Translations under genes and position numbers: made by a program
Shown here: in pieces, positions 55,501-64,000 of the stretch
Layout of the letters: each line of letters begins with the position of its first letter
Position numbering within the stretch: the first letter of the stretch is position 1
The notes under the pieces: generated by a model
Databases searched by the model: none
What the model was told of the DNA's origin: nothing
What the model saw: only the letters and a program-made list of their open reading frames with translations
DNA from: Bugula neritina
Taxonomy: Eukaryota; Animalia; Bryozoa
Direction of reading: 5' to 3'
DNA length: 64,000 bases
Assembly (NCBI GenBank): GCA_964035545.1
Contig: OZ037768.1
Span: 6,046,741 to 6,110,740 of the forward strand

Positions 55501-57190
55501 ACTCTGCCCGATCGTCATGTCCCTGAAATAGCACATGCTGGTTGCTATTCTCCATGTCTAAAATTAGCTCTAAACTCTAAATCCTGTATTGAAACATACT
55601 TGACACTTGGGTATTATTTTTATGCTGTTTTTTAAATCAACAATGTTTCATCATTATATGCTTACTATTATAGACTCTGGACTCTAGGGTAGCATCTAGG
55701 GTAGCATCAAGGCTAGCTATATAAACAACTACAATGAATAATACCGGCATAGGATGATTTCACATTTCATCATGTGATACATCACATCTGTTTCACATTT
55801 CATCATGTGAATATTATGATGCCATCGTATTTCATTACACTTCTACTATAAACCTACAGACTTATTATTGCTCCCACATAACACACAATTGCTTGTAACT
55901 CATACAATACCATGAACTTTAAATTATTGTAAATATTTGAAAATAGTAAATTACAAAATATTGTTTTCTTTAGTTTAGCAAAGTTGCCTGTAAAGTTTAC
56001 ATTATTTTACAATTATCATAATTGTAAACATTTCAAATTGTTTTTTATAATCTTTGCTTAGCAAACTATATGTGTAACTTACCATAGCAGTATGTACTGA
56101 TGGATCATATAATCATTATTTTGTTATTGATATATGAGAACATAGAATTTACTCCATTCACCAAGATAATTGACAGAACACAAGCAAAGCAACTGAATGA
56201 TGTAGATATAACATTTCCTTGTAGTTTCAAGGGAGCCACGTGTTTTGTCTGGCAGATCTCTACAGACGCTGTCTCGTTTAATAGACGAGGGACTCACGCT
56301 TGCTGTCTATCTTGATATGCCCGACAGCACCATTACTGGAATTGGCTTTGATGCACTCAGCAATGGACTAAGTCTTGCTGACGTTACTTACAGGTAAACT
56401 GATGTTATGCAGGCAATCAATAGTCCTCGGTCACCCACAGCAACTACCATCATAATATATAGCCACTCACGGCAATGACTAATTTTATTAGCTTACAGTT
56501 TAATAGATTTAAAAAAACCATTCTGCCAAATGTTCGTGTTTCTTGTAGACATTTATTTATTGAAGATGACTTACCTGCGGCAGTAAATATTTTGTTGGAC
56601 AGTAATTGGCGGAATCTTTCCTTAGTAATATATTAGTTATACCAGACTATCTAATCTCATATTTTGTACATCTAGTTCAAATACAACAAAATCCTTCTAC
56701 TAAGTCCTGATGACCCTTAGAGCCACTCTTATTTTTCAGACTAGGATCAGTATTTTATCTCAGTTATATAAAACACCTGCACATAGAGTTTGCTGAGACT
56801 TCCTCAAACTTCTCTATAGTAATATTTAACTGTCTATATACCACGTTGATTCTTCACAATTACTATCCTAACTGTGTCCTAACAATTGTATGCAAAAGTA
56901 ATATTGGCTCAGATATCTCAGCTAACATTAATTGGTAAACCTTTTGTAGAATCTTGTTAAGGTGGAAACGAAGCACCAGAGTCAAAGGTGATAGTGCCGT
57001 TATGGAGCTAGCTAATGCACTGAGTAGCATGGGTAGACATGACATTGTTACCATTCTGAAGGAACGACATCGGAGAAATATCGAGTTAACGCCTTCCTGT
57101 TTTACTAGTTTGCATGGCGAAGATGAGCCAGAAGATTTACACGACTACAATCCGGGAACAGTTGTTCCCATGAAACAATTTACCTTCTGA
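34550..57190 (+). CDS. ZU5-ZU5-UPA-death domain protein (DTHD1/PIDD-like), ~914 aa, with Ser/Arg-rich N-terminus
   Basis: Fifteen phase-compatible exons: 34550-34641, 35336-35539, 35694-35780, 38493-38654, 44781-44942, 45602-45779, 47481-47675, 49365-49549, 50030-50143, 52132-52435, 52998-53240, 53577-53783, 54420-54621, 56225-56393, 56950-57190 (2745 nt). ZU5-like KKGGEFEIFDGRLLVYPG..LKQPVEVWLPCH and LTVTDQGLLY..ISLRFPK..FRRSVSVKIP. Death-domain-like LAVYLDM..YRILLRWK..LANALSSMGRHDIV. Linkage of the first four exons is less certain than the rest. Confidence 0.78.
35843..36993. mobile_element. Non-autonomous hAT-type DNA transposon (MITE) with 8-bp target-site duplication
   Basis: Termini CAGGGTTGGGGT... 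/ ...ACCCCAACCCTG, subterminal (GTAATT)n arrays at both ends, and identical flanks GTTAGAGT at 35835-35842 and 36994-37001. Confidence 0.92.
36107..36734. mobile_element. Second MITE with ~170-bp imperfect terminal inverted repeats, nested inside the hAT element
   Basis: GTCATTCCATGCCA at the left pairs with TGGTATGGAATGAC at the right. The arms stay complementary (TATTTCTGACCTGACACAAA vs TTTGTGTCAGGCCAGAAATA; ACTACTTT vs AAAGTAGT). Confidence 0.78.
37520..37990. repeat. Diverged ~230-bp tandem duplication
   Basis: AGTTTGC(G/T)GGATGTTCCATGCTTTTGCAAA...CTATACATGC(G/T)ATTATACTTGG at ~37600 and ~37829; partial copies at ~37150 and ~37950. Confidence 0.75.
43015..43174. mobile_element. Small MITE family B (CACT...AGTG termini), copy 1
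   Basis: CACTTCGTTCCGTTGCTTCAAAT ... ATTTGAGCAATGGGAATGCAGTG. Shares the core TTTGCATTAACTTATGG..TTTCATTCGATTGACCTGT with 47772-47915. Confidence 0.75.
47772..47915. mobile_element. Small MITE family B, copy 2
   Basis: CACTGTGTTCCCATAC ... GTATGGGAATGTAGTG inverted termini; same internal core as 43015-43174. Confidence 0.78.
49560..49745. repeat. Degenerate minisatellite (ACAGATATACTCTACACTGTAT units)
   Basis: The unit recurs at ~49588, 49641 and 49674, and partially at 49715. Confidence 0.8.
50265..50330 (+). other. Candidate alternative (duplicated) exon of the ZU5-death-domain gene
   Basis: ttag|..66 nt..|gtataa, phase 2-2, encodes EATSRKRRNIFSVQFDTKAFGR. Its 3' end is paralogous to exon 50030-50143 (..VSFDTKALGR). 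Confidence 0.6.
52454..52615. mobile_element. Small MITE family A, copy 2
   Basis: TTAGGAGCAGTAGCAGAGAAATTGAGATAGCCTAAG...TTTTAATCTAGAACATAGGCTTTTCTCAATTTCT. Confidence 0.75.
53241..53576 (+). other. GC-AG intron
   Basis: CAG|GCAAGT donor. The upstream exon otherwise runs into TGA at 53255 with no phase-0 GT at its end; joining to ttgtag|CTTGTAGAA keeps the frame (..GDIQ|LVEEGPL..). Confidence 0.85.
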
Positions 57191-59842
57191 TTTAGTGTAT
57201 ACATTGTTTTACGTTTGACTAATGACTCACCTCGTGCCTGTCTATTCTCGCAGTCTCTAATTGGTAATCTAGTCTGTTGATGCTTCAGTATATGTTTCAT
57301 GATTCGCAATAGCATTATGTGTTTACTTCTATATTTAGGTGAATATTAGCTAATAGACGTTACATATGTCTCGTGCTATGTTTAATTGTTTGCTCAATGT
57401 TTTTAATGCTTGTAAAAGCAAACTTATTTCTTCTATAGTAAATTATTTTGCTAGCTTTCCTTAATATGCTGATGAGCTGCCTGATTATTGAACCAATTAA
57501 TGACAACATATTGCGTTGCAGGCAACTGGTTTTTTCTTTCCTCTTAGTATTTCTTGAATTTCCTAATGCTAATCAATTAGAGTTATATAGAATATACTAT
57601 ACATGCAGATAAAACATTTAGTCTTCTCAACATAAAATCTTGCAGTGAATAAATTTCTACTCAAATGTATAAGAATATTATAAAGGTTAATTGAAGTCAA
57701 AAATTGTAAAAATTTTGACTGTCTTAAAAGCTAGATATTTTAACATGGTGCAAATGCTTTTTAGAAAAAAAGTATAAAGACATTTTATACTACAATTGTG
57801 CGTATAATATGTTCAAGTGTTATACATCTAAAGTTAGAACATATATGCATAGCTGCTTGTACTGTTCGTTAATTTGTAAGCACACCCTACACTTATGGTA
57901 AAAAGTATAGCTCCCAATAGTTGCATTCTGCTAGATCTGTTATGTATTTTAAATTTTCATAAATTATCTGAAATCCGTATTATAATTTATTTCTAAAACT
58001 GAAAAATGTTTCTGTTTTTTGCTTAAATTAAAAGTTATTTTTGAGGTTGCATTATGCAATTAATGAGTTAAGCAAAGCATTTTACTAAATACAAAACATG
58101 TAATTAAAAGTACTTGGTAAAGAAACCCTTTTATGGTTTGTGTGAGGTAGATAAACTAGCAATTGTGCTATGATAGGAAGTAAAAAGTTGGCAAGCAAGA
58201 GAATATATTCAAACTTTCAATAACAACATGCTTTCGCTCTTGTTCTTGAAGATGTGAAGTGCTAAACTTATATTGGCGCAGTTATTCTGAAGAAAATAAG
58301 TAGTTGTCATTTCAATTAGCTCTACTTGCCCGCTTAATAATATAGAAAACTAAATCGTCAGTTGGAGATAAAATTACGCAAAATATAAGACGGTGTACAT
58401 TAAACTTAGGCGCGCTGGCGGTTTATAAAGTTAGATAAGTTCTATAAAAAGACTGGTACGTATACATGAAAACCTTTAATACAAACCGAATGAGCTATCC
58501 CAATACTGCCGATGAATAAGAACCATATGGCCGCAAGACTCTTACCGTCACTAAAACTAAAAGTAATACTAATTAACAAAATCATTGCCCTTTAACTAAA
58601 TTTTATGTTATATGAAGCAAAATTTGACAAAACCTGTCAAATTTGAAGTTAGTGGTTTGTATTTTTTTCATAGTTATTTTAATAATAATAAACAAAAAAC
58701 TATAACAGTTTCAGTGTAACAATTTCATTTTGAATTTGAATTAACATGATCATAATGATAATGATAATCACTTTAGAGTTTAGTCTTTATCATAATAAGT
58801 AAATTTATTGATAATTCTAATGATAAACTGAAAAATTAACTTTTAGTTTCACACAATGATTATCATTACGGTTATGATTGTCATAATCATAATGATAATA
58901 TTAACTTCAACTTTAATTTTAAGTGTTAACTAAAGTTACTCTTAAACTATTACTATTAGCCATTAGAATTTAGTTTTATTTATTTATTGAGGTTAAGCCT
59001 TAGTCATCGCAACTTGAGAATTTGCTGGTATAAATACTTAAACTTTCAGTAGACTTGCTAAAATTATTGGCTTGGCTTTTCCCAGCTAATTAATTAGATA
59101 TTTTTCTTGATTTGCTGCAAGTTTTTGGAACAGGATCAAGCCAAAACTTCTGTATTTCTTGGGTTAGTTGTCAGCATTTATGGAACAATATATAAAAAAA
59201 ACTATAGTAGTTTTAGTATTAAAATTTTACTATTTGAATGTTTTTTTTGTTTGTTTTTATATGCAATCAAAACAGATAGATAAGATGCCATTTCAAATTG
59301 CTTATGGCAATAAATTTCTACCCAATGGTTGTTGACTAAAACTAGGTTTGTAATTTTAAATTGATTTGAGAAAGAAAACCTCAAAAAATAAACAATGTTG
59401 TTTTACTTTATTTACCAATATTACAGAATAAAGCAGAATCATTACTAAAATTTCAAACTGATTAAAAAACAGTCTAAAGTCTTGTTAATAGAAGTCCTTT
59501 CTATTTCGTCATTGTTGATGATGGCATGACACTTTAATTTCTACGTTAAACAGTTTTGCACACAGTATGCCACTTTATTTTAATAGTTTCTGAGTTTTCA
59601 AGTGCCCATTTTTATAATGGCCAAAACATGATGCAAAGTTTTGCTCAATATCTGCCTACATATTAATTGCCACTTAATTTAATTACTTATCATTTTTAAG
59701 TCTGATCCTGTTTCTAAAATCTTGACTGTCACACTGGTTTATTCTACATGATCTTATGATACGGTAAACATGTTCTTACTATGTTTTAGATTGTAATGTG
59801 AATGGAGAAGGCAGGTGCTTGCAGTGACTAGTAAATACAGCT

Positions 59843-62800
59843 ATGTATAGGCTTTCTTTGCTCTCTGCATTGGCTTTCCTACTCATCTGGCAGAATTCGT
59901 TCACATCGGCAGACCCAGACGATGCGTCAAATTACACAAATGCTGATGTAAGCTATACTTGTGTGTCCAAGTACCTGTGTCATGTCTATAACCTATGTTC
60001 TACAAAAAGTCTCTGTAATTTGTGGAACTCAACTGGCATGCTTCTGCCCAAGATAGCAATGCATGATATCTTTAATTTAAACGTCTGTGTTTCAGGCATC
60101 TAGTCATGAATTTTTTTTATATTGTTCTCAGTGTCAAATATTTGTCCAATATGAATTTTAACAATATTTGTAGTACAGTGCAATCATAAGCTACGCATTA
60201 AGTTTTGTTAAGCAAGGTGAGGTGAGGAGTATAAATGTTTGGTTACTGCTTTAACTCAAGGACATGTGATGACAAACAACCTTATAGAAAGAAACATTTA
60301 GCGTCGCTCATTTCTTATTGGTATTATCTTATGTGGTCTGAAGCAAAGTCCAAACTTGTATTCCTGCTGCCACTTATAGTTTATTTGTATTCACAGTGTC
60401 GGCAAGTTGGCAACGCCACAGACAAATGTCTCTTTTCCAAGATGGCCGACAGTTGTGCTATAGACGAAGGCTTTGTTAACTACATCCAAGTTGTATTTTG
60501 TAACTTCTCCAATGTAGTGCCAATTGGAATTATAGTTTTTGTAAGTATTGCTTTTATTTGAACTTGCATGAATGCTGTTTTAGTAGTTTATATTAAAAAT
60601 ATAAGATTGCAGCAAAAACCACCAAGATATTTTTACCGATGTATATAATTATCAGTACCGTCTTATTGGTTCACGCTTACCTAGTTTGAGCGAATCAGCA
60701 GCTGGAAATTATTTTAATAATAAATATTTTTATAAATCAGTTAATAGTAATTTATTACTAGTGCTATCAATACTACCGATGTTCTGGTTGAATACATTTT
60801 TATTAAATAACGTTAACTGCCATATTTAGTTTAAAATTACATTATAAGTCACAAAGGAATGATTTGTATGTAGATACTGTGGTGGCTCTTCCTCTTTCTA
60901 GCCCTAGCTGTGACAGCAGACGACTTGTAAGTTTTTATTCACCATATATTGTGAGGTAGGTGCAGTAATGGAGAAATTGAAAATAGCCTGTGTTCTAGAT
61001 TAGAAATGTAGCATAAGAAGTTAATAAAATTAAAGAACTTAGGCTATCCCAATTTCTCCACTACTGCTCCTAAATGAACTAAAATTGCTTTAATCTAAAC
61101 ACATTTCACAGCCATACCATGCCTAAAGCTTTCTACTTGCTCTGCTTTCCTAGGTATCTCTGCATTACCTGAAGCATCGCTTTATCAGAATTTATCTTTG
61201 TTTTGATAGTATTGAGAGTTACTGAAAGGGTGATAAGCTCCCTGATAACACATGCTGCACACTGTATCAGTAAACTTTGTTCTATGCTTGTTATGTCATT
61301 ATCTTCCTTGTATATCTATAAATACTTATTGTAGTATTATTCAGTTGCAATATCATTATCTGAACTCCAATGTTCACAGCAATAACAAAGGGTTTGCCAT
61401 GTAGTGCCCCTCTTTTTCAATTAACCATCACGTGACTCAAGATTATTATATATTACACAGTCATAGCTTGATGCCATGTATGTAGGTTTAAACTTGATCT
61501 GTATTTCAACTAGTGTAAGATCTTCTTGTGATGGTCTACAATGTTGGTCTAAGCTGTTTCCCTGTAATACTGGTTCTATTAAATGTTTGTAGTACCAGAA
61601 ATAAAGCTAGTCTTTTGTTTCAATTCAAAATGCCAAACCACAGAGATATGAAAATTTTGCATTAATTGTATGCTTGTTTCTTTGATACTGGCAATTTTTT
61701 AGTCATAAATGATAATAGAATAAACAGACTGTTACTGAGTTATGTGCAAATTTAATTTGAATGTCTGACTTGTATTTTTGTTCAACATTGCTTTTTGTGA
61801 TGCAGCATTTAAGAAACAAGCTCATAACGGTCTAATTTCAACATGACTGATGTGTTATATTTCTGTTTTAGTTTCTGTCCTTCTCTAACTGTGATGTCAA
61901 AGGTGTTGCGCATGAGTGACAACATAGCTATATCCTTTTGCCACATTCCCCTTGTTGCACTTGCATATATAAGAGTTCATAGTGAATGGAAGTTAGTCAT
62001 TGTTTAAAAATTTGTAGTTTGTTAATATTCATTTATAAAAACTTAAAAACAATGTGATAATGATTTTAGGTACAAATGGCACAGGTAGAAATAGCACAAG
62101 TAATAAATGCACAGGTAATAATGGCACAGATGAAAAAGTAGGTAAAATGGCACACTGATGTTTAATTTGCCCAAACCTTAAACTAAAGCCCCCCAAACAT
62201 ATCCAAGCCCCCATCCTAAACCCCAATCCCAATATTGAAAATATTTACCTGTGCCATTTTTACCAGACACCTGTGATAATAGTACTAGTAGAAACTAAGT
62301 CATTTTATGTAGCTTTGTAAATTGATATACAAAGGAATGGCCCATGCAATCTAATGAGAATTTTGTTAAAGTCATCTTCCTTAGCCTTTAGTGATACGGC
62401 GTGACGTTATTGGCTTTTGGCAATGGAGCTCCAGATATATTCTCAGCCATAGCTGCTATTGGAAGTATGAAGAGCGGCAGCGATGCCGGGCTAGCTTTTG
62501 GTGCTTTACTTGGTACATTTAACATATTATATACTGCAAGTATATTACTTCTTTGATAAATTTATCATAGACATTCATGCATTGAAAAGAAAATGCTTAT
62601 ATACCATTTTTATACTAAACAACATTACTACCCGACTTTCTTGTTTTGCTATGCCATACCCCTGGTTACTATAGCTTTTACTGTGCAACAAGATTGTGGA
62701 TTATACTTTGCATTGTTTTGCTCATCTTTCACCGCCCTGTGCTGATCGGGTGAAAATATGAAACAACACTTTGCATTGTTTTATATTACCTAAAGTGTAT

Positions 62801-63752
62801 CTAAACGTATCTTTCAGAGAGTGTGTATGTTGTGGTTTGGTTACAGGAGCTGGAGTGTTTGTGACGGCAGTTGTGTCCGGGGCTGTGATCATAGCCAAGC
62901 CGTTTCAATGTATGGAAAGACCTCTGCTTAGAGACATCACATTTTATATCGTAGCTCTATACTACACCTTTTATATCATGTACAGTAGGATGATCACAAC
63001 TCTACAAGCTATAGGTAAGTATTCACCATAGTTATACGTGTCTATGAGCTATACAGCCAAAATACCATATTGATGATGTTTGGTGTTGACATAATATAGG
63101 GTTGCTACATGTTGGTACGAGTATATACAGGTATCATGTGGTGCCTCATCATCACCTGCTGTGGTGTTTCAATACTAAGGAGTATAATTTCTAGGCCAAG
63201 ATTTCTGTCAGTTGAAGAGGATGTTTTGAATGATGTAATGTTGTTAGTGCAAATAACTTGTATGTGTGTAGTATTGTTTTTAAAATTTTATCTTTTGTTT
63301 TATGCAACAAAAACCGACTAGTTGCTATATTTATTTTTGTAATGAATTGTTAAGCACTGCAACTTGCTGTATTTAGCTATAGCTGAAGTTTTGTAGCAGC
63401 ACCTTCTGATTGCTTCCAAGTATTATTTTCCCAATTATATAGATTTGACGTTTAAGTTATTTAATAATTTGTATTATAATAATATGCCAGGGTAATTAAA
63501 CTGTTCAAAATGTGTTTGTTCAAAGAGAAAATTGAGTTATTAAGTTTACTTGCGTGTCAAGATATACAGGATATTTTAATACTTCGGTTTAAGTGAATAA
63601 CTGCCCTGTTGTAGGTTTCCTTCTGCTATACGTAGCATATGTCTTAGTGGTAATAGTAGGTCGGTATATCAGGAAGAGGAAACAGAGTAGCTCCTCCCAA
63701 CCAACCACTCCTACTACTTCTACTGGTGACTTCAGTGTAAATAATAGCATAG
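59843..63752 (+). CDS. SLC8B1: Sodium/calcium(lithium) exchanger NCLX (CCX family); continues beyond the right edge
   Basis: Exons 59843-59947, 60397-60540, 60874-60926, 61872-61929, 62398-62511, 62847-63014, 63615-63752: C..C..DEGFVNYIQVVFC..LAVTADDFFCPSL..LRMSDNIAGVTLLAFGNGAPDIFS (alpha-1 repeat)..GALLGAGVFVT..RPLLRDITFY..GFLLLYVAYV. Confidence 0.93.
60957..61073. mobile_element. Small MITE family A, copy 3 (inverted, internally deleted)
   Basis: TAGGTGCAGTAATGGAGAAATTGAAAATAGCCT ... AGGCTATCCCAATTTCTCCACTACTGCTCCTAA, ~30-bp inverted termini. Confidence 0.8.
61930..62397 (+). other. U12-type (minor spliceosome) AT-AC intron in SLC8B1
   Basis: 5' end ATATCCTTT, branch-point-like TTCCTTAGC at 62377-62385, 3' end ..GATAC. 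Removal restores SDNIA|GVTLLAFGNGAPD exactly. Confidence 0.93.
62068..62271. mobile_element. Small non-autonomous element with tandem 15-nt GGCACAGGTAA units, a C-rich telomere-like spacer and an inverted unit at the right end
   Basis: AATGGCACAGGTA-like units x5 (62078-62155); CCTAAACCCCAATCCCAAT spacer; TTTACCTGTGCCATTTTTA at ~62244 is the reverse complement of the unit. Confidence 0.65.
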
Positions 63753-64000
63753 GTAAATACTACCATCCCTACACAGTTACTTCAAAATACAAAATATTTC
63801 ATTAAATAATTTGATTTTAACGTGCAGGTAAAAGTGATTTAATTGTGGCAAATGTAGTTATCATTAAAATGGACTTTGTAGAAAGTAGAGACATGCTCTT
63901 AAATTAAAAAATTATAAATTTAAGAGCCACTTGCTATAACTATTACTTATGTGTTGGCATCTGTGTAAGTCAGCTTTTACTGCAATTTAAAGTTTTGTAC

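Noticed and set aside
55684-55812. Short direct repeats (CTAGGGTAGCAT x2; TTTCACATTTCATCATGTGA x2)
   Set aside because: Ordinary local slippage duplications with no further structure.

Overview
AT-rich, intron-dense eukaryotic DNA, most likely an invertebrate animal; the species cannot be fixed from sequence alone. Hand-splicing of GT-AG exons gives seven protein genes. (1) A MOV10-type SF1 RNA helicase (minus strand, running off the left edge) with three N-terminal C2H2/matrin-like zinc fingers. (2) SENP8/NEDP1 deneddylase (plus), head-to-head with the helicase. (3) An unrecognised ~1069-aa coiled-coil/low-complexity protein (minus). (4) METTL2-type tRNA m3C methyltransferase (minus). (5) PDIA3/ERp57 (plus), head-to-head with METTL2. 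(6) A ~914-aa ZU5-ZU5-UPA-death-domain (DTHD1/PIDD-like) protein (plus) with a GC-AG intron, a partially duplicated exon and a candidate internal alternative first exon. (7) SLC8B1/NCLX (plus, running off the right edge) with a clear U12-type AT-AC intron. Introns contain a tRNA-derived SINE, a hAT-type MITE (8-bp TSD) carrying a second nested MITE, two small multi-copy MITE families, and micro/minisatellites. Most ORFs in the supplied track are exon fragments or spurious. No prokaryotic-type system (CRISPR, operon) is present. The best leads are the zinc-finger MOV10, the isoform switches in the ZU5-death-domain gene, the orphan gene's apparent interleaving with METTL2, and hexamer-periodic tracts next to promoters.
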